Shown piece by piece: positions 1 to 13,620 of a DNA stretch of 64,000 nucleotides. Source of the DNA: the human T2T-CHM13v2.0 reference genome, Homo sapiens; the NCBI RefSeq assembly GCF_009914755.1, contig NC_060938.1, one strand, 5' to 3'. A model generated the notes under the pieces. The model did no database searches and had not been told where the DNA came from. It worked only from the letters and a program-made list of their open reading frames with translations. The translations under genes were made by a program, and so were the position numbers. Each line of letters opens with the position of its first letter. Positions within the stretch are counted from its first letter, which is position 1.

Positions 1-149
1 TACATTGACTAAGAGAGCGCATTACAGGAGAGTGGAACATACTTTACAAGCCTTTACTGGAGAGATGTCCTGCCACCTGAAGAGAGAGGAGGCATTGATT
101 AGAGGAGAGCGCTCTATGGAGAGGAGTCAGCGTGGACACTGAGACTGCA

Positions 150-680
150 AGAGTGAGGGAATGTGCGGGATTAGACCACAGTCAGGGAGCAGAACACAGT
201 GGGGTTTTTGGTCTTTATTCTAAGAGCAAAGAAAAGCTATTGACCTGTTTCTAGCAAAAGATGGGGTAAGGTAATGAGATTTGCTAGTTGGAAAGATCCC
301 ACTAGCTGCAGTGTAGAGAATGAATTAGATGGGTGAAGAGGGACCCCTGCCAGGAGGCAGATGCAATTGTCCATGGGGGATATTCTGGTTTCTTTGCACT
401 GGAGTAATGAGGATGGGGATGAAAAGAAGGGAATATGTTTAAGAGCTGATAATGAGCTTGGCCTTGGCAACACTGAGTTTGATGCACCTTTGAGATACTA
501 AGGAGACATACCAGGAAGATATAGGTGTACTGGAGCTCACTGAAGAGGTCTGGGCTGGAGATAAACAATTGAGTCATCTCCTTATAGGTGATAATTGAGC
601 CATAAAAGTGGATAAATAAATATAAGTTGAATGAATGATAGAATTAATGAATAGATGGTATTGGGTGAGGAAAGAGCACA
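150..680 (-). mobile_element. L2 LINE fragment
   Basis: Degenerate L2-like motifs (ggtctttattctaag, gatcccactagctgcagtgtagagaatg, gggctggagataaacaatt). Boundaries are approximate. Confidence 0.6.
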
Positions 681-2635
681 GAGTAACGAGGGCTTAAACA
701 ACGTTGTGGTGCTGTATTTCTGTAACTATTACTTATCAGTTGTGAGACTGGACAAAGTGATTTTCCTCTGGCCAGGTCTGATGCCTCCTATGGACACATT
801 CTGAAAGCCAGCAGGAACCTAGAAAGTGACCAGGCCACCCCCTTGCCCACATAGAAACATGTCTGCTAACTCTTCCACCTTACCAATAGGTGGATTCCAA
901 GAGTTCACATAAAAGGTGGTTGTTTGGATTGTAGAAGTCTCTTCCCAAAAGAAACTCCTACTTTCCTAGGGAGATGCCACCATAGACCCTAATTAACCAA
1001 GGTCCTTTCTGTGAGACATTATGTTCAATAGGACCTTGAGGTGTTACAAACTATTTCCTCACAGATGCCTGGGCATAGGCCTGGACTCTTCCCCAGAATC
1101 CTCCCATCCCACTTGCCAGGCACTGAGAAACAGGACTTTCCACTTGTTTGTCACTGGCAAGGACTTCATGGCTTCAGAGAGGGAGCTCCAGGGGTTTCTG
1201 GGACACTTACCAGTATAAATTCCCTGAGGTTCTTCTAAGTCTGTGCTTGAATTCATTCATTCATTCCCTTCTTATCTTTTCTGAGGACCCCAAGAATTGG
1301 CCTGCCTGTGTCCTTTGCTTTTACTTGCAGCAGGTGGGGGTCTGGCACGGTCGGGGGAAGGGTTTTGATGGGAAAAGTGAGGCTGGTACTATTTTTCCTC
1401 CCATGTTTAGCCTATAGAGTATAGTCATAAAACTTTTCCTCAATGTTTCAGTCCTGAAGCAAGCGCACAGCTCATTGGAAGTTTCTAAGGATTTTTATTA
1501 TTAGCAATGTCAGAAAGCAAGTTGAAAGCAAAACAGCCCCCTCTGGGCCTCTTCCCTAGCCTTTCCTTATTTTGTGTTGCTTTCCTCACACCCAGGAGGA
1601 ACACATATCCCAATTCCTGAGGACAGTCCTGATTTGCAACTGGCATCGTGGCACAACTGCCAATAGTACCACCTTTAAAAAGTTTAGACACTGAATTATG
1701 GTCATGCTACTTAACCCCATAAAGAAAAATAAAGTAATGCATTGGGGGTAATAGTGGATTTACAAAAGACTACAATAATCTCGATCTGCATTTTAGCGAG
1801 AGGATATGAGCCACAGAGTGATTTCTTTGGTATTTTGTCCCAACAGCTGGACTGGGCCTCTATGTGTGTAGGTGAGAGATGGGGTACAGAGAGGAGGACT
1901 TGTGGGAAGTGCTGGAATATCAGGGCTAGAATATTGCCACAGAAATGTGTCTATTTTTTCTCCTGTCTCTTTCTCAGTAACCAGATCTACCTTGGAAGAC
2001 TCAGACTGGCACTTTGGCAAGGTGAGATGAAAAATCAGGGCTGAGGAAGGTGCATTTGCAGGCACTGTGGGGTCCACAGCAGAGAGGATAAAAACGTGGA
2101 GGCAGAGGTGCATCCGAGTCATAATAGCACAGAGCCGGGCGTTGGGGTTGGGGCCTGAGCCATTGTTGTCTGGCTGTCGCAGCAGGGGGAAAGGAGGACA
2201 GAAGTGTCAATGTTTCGTTTAGAATTTTTCTAAAAAGTTGCCACTTTGGGTGAAGGGCTCAGTAAGACCTTCCCCTCCACACTCCACATAACTATGCTTC
2301 TATTAGAAGTATTCTGAGCAGTTCAGGCCTTCCACGTGGTGGAACTGTGTGGGGTACCCTCAAGCCCATGGGTCTCTAGGGGTTGTGCCTAAGTCACATG
2401 TATACGTTCCACCTGTGATGTTAGGCAAGCAAGCATATGATCCTTTCTCATCACCACTTCCATGAAACAAAGACATTTTAGAACTGTTGACGATAGCAAT
2501 GTTTTCTCGACAAAGAGATTACTTGTAAAGTAGTAAAGAACATTAGAAAAAGGAGCTATAGTCATATGGTCACTGTTCTTTGTGGTGCTATATAGGTGGT
2601 GTGTATATTATAAGAACTTTTGTGTCTTCCAATAA

Positions 2636-2957
<322 letters not shown>

Positions 2958-3031
2958 CCAATAATGTTTTAAACGAGTAAAATGAAGTTTGTCACTTCTG
3001 CATGCTTACAAGCTTAAACATCAAAAGAATT

Positions 3032-3155
3032 GGCCAGGTGTGGTGGCTCACACCTGTAATCCCAGAACTTTAGGAGACGAAGTTGGGAGGATCACTTGAG
3101 TCTGGGAGTCCAAGACCAGCCTGGGCAACAAAGCAAAATCTGTCTCTACAAAAGA
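3032..3155 (+). mobile_element. Alu left monomer (FLAM_C / AluJ fragment)
   Basis: ggccaggtgtggtggctcacacctgtaatcccag...ggatcacttgag...ctgtctctacaaaa; single arm only. Confidence 0.85.
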
Positions 3156-4059
3156 TTTATTTTTTAATTTTTTTTTTTTAATTATTAAGAATCCAAAGAG
3201 TTTATACATTTAGGTGGGAAAGGTAACCCTTGGGAAGCCCTGGGCTAGCCTCTCGGCTTGCTCATGATTCAAGTAGCAAAAAGAAGTAGTGGACTCAGGA
3301 CAGAATTTTGACGTGGGAGCCCCATTTCAAGCTCTGAGGTCTGAAATGCCAAGTTTAAGCCTCTTGGCCTCATTGTGACTCGATTTCCCTTTCTGTGAAA
3401 TGAGAAGATAATCCCAGTATTAGGGTACTATCCGAGTACCTTCAGGCTTTTTAGGAAGAACTCTAGTGAGTAAGCTCTCTGGCTGTAGAGGGGACCGTGA
3501 TGCACAGTAAAAAGAACCCCATCTTGTCACTGGAGGGATATAGGCAGCCGCCCAATGGGAGCTCCCATACTGTAGAGATGGCACTCTTGCTTTGGTGGGA
3601 CTAGTACAGATGTATTTTTTATGTCCCATTTCTTATGTTGCCTATTTTTTGGAGACATATTTGTTTGTTAACTCTTTGAGTTTCATAAAGAAAACATTAA
3701 TACAAATTTTATTGAGTGGTAGGTTAGCTCCAATATCCTCAAAATAGATTGAGCATTTTAGAATTCACCTTAATGTTACCTGGAATGCAAAAAGATTTGC
3801 CTAAAACGTTTAGCTCCTCATTTTGTTACTGGCTTCATTCTGATTTTGGAAACAACAGAAAGTAAAGTGGAACTGGGGTTTTGGGTCTATTAGATTCTCC
3901 AATTTAATCTCGCCCATCTATTCCTGATATTAATAAACTCTTTCTAATATCAGTTGGCCATGGTTGTCATTCTGGTAAATACCTCCCTGGAACCGGACTG
4001 AATAAAATTCATGAGACTTGCTGGTCACAGCTGGAGATTGGTTCAGTGGTTTGGGTTTT

Positions 4060-4480
4060 TTTTTCTACCAAAGTGAAAATAGAATTATTGTTATTATTGT
4101 TTTCTAGTTTTAAAATGACTAAAAGTACAAAGGAAAAATGGAAAAGTCAATTTAAATCCTACTGCTGAGAGAAATAACATTTTGGTGAGCAACTCTCCAG
4201 ATCACTCTCAGAATGTGCATATTATACTTCCATGTGCCATTGTTAGAAAACAAGAGTGTACTTTCTCATTGTGGACAACTCTATGTCCATAAATAATGAC
4301 ACCATTAATTATAGTGACAGTATATAATATTCCATTAAACAGCTGTGCTATTATCCATTTATGCATTTCCCAATTATTATTCATTTAGGTTTTTTTATAT
4401 TGCTTACTATCATTTAAAAATTGCAGTAAACATTCTTTTACATCCAGATTTCCAAATTTGTCTAATTATCTCCCAGGTTA
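4060..4480 (-). mobile_element. Old L1M(E) fragment; continues at ~7369-7660 after the Tigger1 insertion
   Basis: AT-rich L1M 3'-end-like text (atattccatt...atccattt...catttaggtt...taaacattctt). It resumes after 7368 with tgattactagtgagatgaagcatcttttt. Confidence 0.55.
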
Positions 4481-4585
4481 TATAGCCATATCTTGAGGAT
4501 ATTGTAGACATGGTTCCAGACCATTGCAATAAAGTAAATATTGCAATAAAGTGAAATACATTTTTTGGTTTCCCAGTGCATATAA

Positions 4586-4899
<314 letters not shown>

Positions 4900-5141
4900 T
4901 TATGTTTACACTCTACTCTATTAAAAGTGCAATAGTATTATATTTTTTAAAAACAATATAGATTACCTAAATTTAAAATACTTAATTGCTAAAAAAAAAA
5001 TGCTAGGGATCATCGGAGCCTTCAGTGAGTTATAATCTTGCTGGTGAAGGGTCTTGCCTTAGTGTTGAAGGTTGCTGACTGTTCAGGGGGTGGTTGCTGA
5101 AGGTTGGAGTGGCTGTAGCAATTTCTTAAAAAATGACAATA

Positions 5142-5445
<304 letters not shown>

Positions 5446-5687
5446 TTATGTTTACACTCTACTCTATTAAAAGTGCAATAGTATTATATTTTTTAAAAAC
5501 AATATAGATTACCTAAATTTAAAATACTTAATTGCTAAAAAAAAAATGCTAGGGATCATCGGAGCCTTCAGTGAGTTATAATCTTGCTGGTGAAGGGTCT
5601 TGCCTTAGTGTTGAAGGTTGCTGACTGTTCAGGGGGTGGTTGCTGAAGGTTGGAGTGGCTGTAGCAATTTCTTAAAAAATGACAATA

Positions 5688-6294
<607 letters not shown>

Positions 6295-6952
6295 TCACAT
6301 ATTCGGGCTCCATTTCTAATTCTAATTCTCTTGCTATTTCCGCCACATCTGCAGTAACTTCTTCCAATGAAGTCTTGAACCCCTCAAAGTCATTCATGAA
6401 GGTTAGAATCTTATTCCAAGCTCCTATTAAGGATGGTATTTTGACCTCCTCCTATGAATCACGAATCTTCTGAATGGCATCTAGAATGCTGAATCCTTTC
6501 TAGAAGATTTTCAACTTACTTTGCCCAGATCCATAAGAGGAATCACTATCTATGGCAGCTATAGCCTTACAAATTGTATTTCTTAAATAATAAGTCTTAA
6601 AAGTCAAAATTACTCCTTGATCCATGGGCCGCAGCAGGCATGAAAACAACATTAACCTTGTACATCTTCATCAGAGCTCTTCAGTGACCAGCTACATTGT
6701 CAGTGAGTAGTACTATTTTGAAAGAGATCTCTTTTTTTCTGAGCAGTAAGTCTCAATGGTGGGCTTAAAATATTCAGTAAACCATGCTACAAACAGATGT
6801 GCTGCCATCCATTCCTTGTTGTTCCATTTCTAGAGCACAGACAGCCATTTTCAACATGCCTTCCTCACTAAGCTTAATCATTTCTAGCTTTAAAGTGAGA
6901 GATATGTGACTCTTCCTTTCACTTGAACACTTAGAGGCCATTGTAGGGTTAA

Positions 6953-6991
6953 TTGGCCTAATTTCAATGTTCTTGGCCTAATTTCAATGTT
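6953..6991. repeat. 20-bp tandem micro-duplication within Tigger1
   Basis: ttggcctaatttcaatgtt occurs twice in tandem. Confidence 0.85.
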
Positions 6992-9622
6992 GTCCTGTCT
7001 CAGGAAATAGAGAGGCCTGAGAAGAGGAAAAGATGGGGAAGGGCTGGTTGTTGGAAAGTCAGAATACACACATTTATTAAGTTTGCTGTCTTACAGAGGT
7101 GTGGTTGATGGTGCCCAAAACAATTACAAGAGTAACATAAAAGATCACTGATCATAGATCACCATAACAGATATAATTATAATGAAAAAGTCTGAAATAG
7201 TGCGAGAATGACCAAAACATGACACAGACATGAAGCAAGCACATGCTGTTGGAAAAAGGGTGTTGAAAGACTTGTCAACGCGCTTGCCACAAACGTTCAA
7301 TTTGTAGAAAAACATAGCATCTGCAAAGTGCAATACAGCAACACACAATAAAGCTAGACATGCCTGTACTCCTGAAGTGATGTTGATGATCGATGGGTCC
7401 GAGGCATGTTTCAGTTTTTGTATGTATTGCAAAACTACCTGTCAGGAATGTATCAGTTTGCATGACCATCAGCAGTGTTTGTGAATTATTGGTCCCCCAC
7501 ACTATTGCCTACACTGCAGCTAATTTTTTTTCTCAATCTTTGTGAGTCTCTTGAGTGAAACAATATCTTACTGTCATTTATGTTTGCTTTACTTTGATTA
7601 CTAGTGAGATGAAGCATCTTTTTGTATGTTTATTGCCCACTTGTATAGTATTTCTCCTATTATGAAACAGAATAGGTCCTGTCCAAAAACTCTAGGAAGG
7701 TTATGGTCTGGTTGGTCCATGGAATGTAGGATCTGGACTGTAAATTATTCTTCAGTCAGATCGTGTGATATAAAAGCCTATATCACACAATGTGTGATGG
7801 TAAAGAAATTATTAAAAATTATTTGAAAAATATTTTAAGAATAGCTTGTTTTATGATTATATCATGGAGTTTGAGTATCCTTAACAAAGGAAGAAATTCA
7901 CCATGCTTATTGGAGACATGTAATCCTAGAGAAGGTGGGACTGGGCCATGCCCCTCTGCTGCAGTACCAGCACAGAATGACAGAATTGTTGGAAACCTCT
8001 CCTAATTCATACCACCCCACAGAGGAGCAGCTGCCACAGTGGAGCACACCCCACCTGCTTGGAGGTGCCATAGGCCAGCCTCTCTGAGTTTTATGATGCA
8101 TCTGAAATGGAGTTTTACTGCATCCTCCCACGACCTTACGAAAAACCACGGGGGAGGAAAGAAAAACAGAACCCACCAAGAGGAGCAAGCAGACCTGTCC
8201 GAGGGTGGGGAATTGGCTACTCCATAAGGCAGCAGGAGAGTAAACTACAAAAGACATAAAGCACACCTTGCTTTAATCCCTTCCATCCGCCCAGAGCCCC
8301 CAGAAAGCTCATAAAGTCTCCCTTTCTGGGTGATTGGATTCCTTTAGCTCAGGGGCAAGTAGGGCATTTTTTTGGTTTTGTTTTGGAAGAGGGCTGGGTA
8401 AAGGAGAATGGTAATCACTGGGGTTGGAGGAGGGAGAATGAAAACGGGGGCAATCACTGGGGTTGGGGGAGTCCCTTCTCTTCTTGCTTCGAGGTAGTGA
8501 GTGGGAAACGCAAACAGCTGCTGCCTGAAATCACAGCGCGTGGGTACTGGGCAGCCAGACCAGATCAGCAGCCATTAAGCAGGGCCCACAGTTCCTATGG
8601 CCGTTACCTCTCTCAGAAGCCAGGCAGAGCTGTGAGTTCTTTCACCTTTTGAGGGCTCCTCTTGGCTACCTCAAAGGAATCATTTGGAATGCTGCTGGCA
8701 AAAACGTTGCTGAAAGTTGTGTGTTGTAGGGGGGCAGTGTTTTTTCTCTCTCTAAAAAGAGTGGTGGTGGTTCTTTGCCAGGATTTAGAAGCCAGAACTG
8801 TCTGTCCTTTTTGTTTGAAATAGAGACTTTAGAGACTAGTCTTTTCGTTTACTGAAAGAAGGAGAAAGAAAGGAAAAAAAATTTGTCTACTTTGCCTTTG
8901 GTCTGGGTACTTTCCACTTGTTTGCTTTTAACCTTTCTCAGTGTTTGCAGGGTGCAGGGAAACGGCCTTGTCAGCCTGGGCTGGGCTCCTTAAGTCTTGA
9001 ACAACAAACACTTAAAATAATCAAAATGTTATATTTGGCAGTTAAAAGAAGAATCTCCTAAAACTATGTCTAGTCTTATTTGTTTCTGAACTCCTGGTAG
9101 AGGCGGGGAGACCATGTTCTCCATTCTGTGGCCTAGCCACTCTTCCGGGCCTTCTCTTGTTCCTCTTCACTCCCTCTTCCCCAGATGTACTCCTAGACTG
9201 AGCTGCTTCCCAGCTCAGAGCCCACCACGTGCCTCTGCAGCTTCTGTGCCTTTGCAGATGCCGCTCCCTCTCCTGGAATGCCTTCTCCCCACCCTTCCCT
9301 GGCTGAAGTCCTCCTGGCCATAAAAGGCTACCCTAAGTGCACTGAGCTTCCTTGCTAGGCACATCTTATCATCGTTATTTCTGTAATTCTTCCTTTCATT
9401 GGCTGACATCCATGACATCAGGGCCCAACCTTAGGTGGCTAGCACAATGCCTGTGGCAGTAGTGGCAGCAGTAGTCTTCGTGTTACCAGCAGCAGCAGTA
9501 ATGACTCTTACTGGGCATGTGCCATGTACTAGGTCTTTTTCATACTCATCTCTAATCCTCCCAACAACTCTACATCGTATATGATATTGTCTCCTTTTTA
9601 GAGATGAGGAAATTGGGACTTA

Positions 9623-10253
9623 GGTGGGGTGGAAAGATGTGATACCTTTCCTCACTCATCATGAGGGTCACAGCTGACACCCCTTTAACAAAAGACAGGT
9701 TGATGATAAAAGCATAACAAATGTATTTCATCAAAGTTTTACATGACAAGGGAGTCTTCAGAAATGTAGACCCAAAGGCCCAGGGAAGATGGTCTGTTTC
9801 TATGCTTTGGTCTGAGGAAGAATGGGCAGCTGTGTAGAAATGTGATTGGACAAAAAAGGGTCTGATCTAATGATGACAGACTGAGGGGGTAGACAGAGCA
9901 AGGCCTGTCTGTTCAGATTCTTCTTGGCCTCCCTATAGCATTCCTTCCTCCAGGTAGGGGGTAGGACCCCTCTGAAATGAAGGGTTTTAGGGAGAAGGGA
10001 GAGAATGACCTTTCTAGGTTTTATGGATTGCTTTGGGAGAGAGGGGTTCTAGATTCTATGACCTGTCTTGAGGAAGAGGAATTCTGGTTTCTGTGATTCC
10101 CTTTAGGGGAGATGGGAGACAAGGAGGGCAGGAGAAGGTCAGAGAAAGACTTTGCTTCTGAGGCAGCTCTGAGGCTACCCAATATCCTTTAGTTCAGAGT
10201 ACTCAGCCTGCCAAAGCACCATAGTTTGGGATACTGTTTTCTGCGCCCTGGCA
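9623..10253 (-). mobile_element. ERV1-class solo LTR (MER39/MER34-like) inserted into a MIR
   Basis: 4-bp TSD ctta at 9619-9622 and 10254-10257. The reverse strand begins tgccagggcgcagaaaacagtatcccaaactatggtgctttggcaggctgagtac, resembling MER39-group LTRs. A MIR core is split on either side (gagatgaggaaattggg / gttaagcaactcacccagggtc). Confidence 0.7.
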
Positions 10254-10582
10254 CTTACAAGTTAAGCAACTCACCCAGGGTCATAGAGCTAACAAATGGT
10301 TGGACCAAAGTTAGAAGCCAGGTCTTACTCATTTCCACCCTGTTTCAAGGACTCTGATTAGATGCTCAATAAGTACCTACTGAGTGAATGAGCGGCCTTG
10401 AAATTGTTTTCTGAGGCTGGGGAACTCTTGCCAGGAATTTCAAGAGCCACTGCTTTTACACTTGGCCACTTAACTTTGCTCCCTAGAGCTTTAGTTTCTC
10501 TTCTTCTACACCCAATATCATCATGTCTACTGTTTTCTTCCTGAGTCATATCCTCTCATTATGTTTTAGCTATGGCGGGTAA

Positions 10583-11003
<421 letters not shown>

Positions 11004-11558
11004 TAAACTTAAGAAGTCACTGCTTCTGTAGATCTAAGGTGGCTGAATATCGGCCACAGCATACAGTTCAAACTAATGCAGTGTATCTATTAAAGGTTAT
11101 AAGAAGATACCTACAAACTTCCCTCATGGGATTGTTGTGAGAATTAAATACATATAATACATATAAAGGACCTCTAGTGCCTAACACATTGTGAGCTCTC
11201 AAAAAAATATAAATGTTAGCTCTTGTCATTATTTTTGTTAATCCTTGACTGGGGTACTAAAATTCCTAAAAGAGAGTAAGCCAAGAAAAATATGTTAATT
11301 ATTACAGCAACTAATATTTATTACTATGCATCAAGCCATTTTTGTAAGGATTTTTCATATATTAATTCATTATTAACTAATTTTCATAGCAATCTGATGA
11401 TGTAAGTGTTAGCCCCATTTTACAGATAAGAAGGTGAGGACAGAGAGGCGAAGTTGGGGAGCTTGGGATCAAGTTTCTGGTTCTAGAACCTACGTTCTTT
11501 CATAACCATCACTGCTCTGAAAAAGAGTAAGCACCAGACCTGAAAGAAACATAACAGA

Positions 11559-11881
<323 letters not shown>

Positions 11882-12449
11882 TTAGCTCCTTCTCACTTTT
11901 ATCTCTAGTTTGAATGAGTGTGTTTGTGAAAGGCAAATGCCTCTGGGGTTCTTGCACAGTCCTGGGCACCACTGGGAGGAGAGAGGGCAACCTAGAGACA
12001 TTTGTGTTCCTGGTAAACAACTGAAAATAGGCGGAGCCTTGTGCACTGAACCCAGCTACTTTCAAATCGCAGTACTTCCCAATTGCAAACTTGGTGCAAA
12101 AAAACCTACATTGCCACAGTTGAGACTTTCATGAGGAAAGATTTTGGGTACAAGATAGTTTTTCATACCGCTTTGCTTACCCCTGAGACTGCAAAGTACC
12201 ATGTCTCCTTGTTTTATAGAAGCCAAAACAAATTCTATCGATAAACAGAATTTTTGAAACTCTGGTATTTTCAGAAATTTGTACTGTGCATAAAGTAATG
12301 GTTTGGTGAATTAACATAGGTGATTAAACAATAAAGTGATGCATACCCATTTCCATAGAAAATATATGCATATATAAAAGGAATTTTACAGATAAACTGT
12401 ATGATATATCTGTTAATATATCATGTTTTATTTTCAGTGTTTTTGTGTA

Positions 12450-13620
12450 TTCTCAGTGTCCGCCAGTATGGAGACAGGCTCATCTCCAGGTGTGCAGGCT
12501 CTGAGTGAAGGGGGCCTCCTCATTGGAGTGTGCAGGGGCCTCCTCATTGGAGTGTGCAGGGCTCTCCTGCGGCGGCGCCCACTCTGTGTCCTTCTTCCCT
12601 GTTTTTGTTTGCCACCTTGTGGTTAACATAGCTCTGTGGCTCAAGGAGGAGGGTTGGGCCGGTATCATCTCTGAAGGTAAAATGCATACATGCGATGCTG
12701 TAACACAGTCTTTCTCCCGGCGGGGAGTGGGAGTGTGTGTGCACACGCGTGTGTGGGTGCAGTGAAGGTGGAGTTGCCCACTTAGTGAGACTCAGAGTCT
12801 ACCCTCAACCACTGTGCTTCTGTGTGCTCCCGTGTAGGCTGGAAGTCGTATCAGCCGCTCCATTGCACAGAGATTGCAGAGAAGGGGCCACATCGGTCAG
12901 TGTTAGCGTCCACAGGAGGAAGTTGTGTGGTGGGAAGGCCGCTTCTGGCTGGACTGCAGGCTTGTTTGCCCACACGCGCCCCAGTGAGAGCGAGGCCTCC
13001 ACGGGCTTCCTTCTCCAGTGCGGGGAGTGTGTGGCGAAGGAAGTATCTGCTGCTGAGCTCAGCTTTGCTTCGCCATGTTCCTTCCCGATCCGCTCATCCT
13101 AACCCTCTCTCCTTCCGCCTCCATCCTCCCTGCTCTCCGATTGCCCCAGTGTGTGTGTCCCCTTCCCCAGCCACCCCTCTGATCCCTGACTACCCTCTTC
13201 TCCCTCCCTCCCTCTGCGCCCACTCCTCATCGCGGGCCTCAGGGGAGCCCTGTCTCCACTCAAGACACCCGTGAAACAGAGGGAGACACTAGCAGTCAGC
13301 GGGCACTTTGTGGGGAGGGCCAATTTAGAGGACAGATTGACCAGGGCGAGCAGCAGGATATCTAGAAAGACGCTTTGCTTCTAAGGAGCGGGAGCCTAAT
13401 CCCGTTACAGGCTGGAGGGAGACTCCTGGGGCCGGCAAGCCTCCTTCCCGCTGTGCCTGGAGGGATATCATTGGAGGACCGCCGGGCGCGGTGGAGGGCT
13501 CCACTCGCCAGCAGCCCCCTCCCCCAGCCCCTTCCACTCTCTTTTCTTTTGCAGTGACACATACTGCAGTGCCTCTGAGGTCATTTGTTTCCCACAGCCT
13601 CACAGGGCGCTGTGGCAACA
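12450..13620. promoter_or_regulatory. Intragenic GC/CpG-enriched promoter- or enhancer-like element (sub-threshold CpG island)
   Basis: About 45 CpGs in ~1.15 kb by manual count, against a CpG-poor background; not repeat-derived. Contains two CCAAT boxes (minus strand), a YY1-like cgccatgtt at ~13071, ETS cores (ggaagt) and C-rich tracts. Confidence 0.6.
12511..12561. repeat. 24-bp tandem duplication containing an inverted CCAAT box
   Basis: ggggcctcctcattggagtgtgca at 12511-12534 and 12535-12558. Confidence 0.95.

Noticed and set aside
13481-13494. gccgggcgcggtgg, identical to the Alu 5' end
   Set aside because: Only 14 bp in GC-rich context, with no further Alu similarity.
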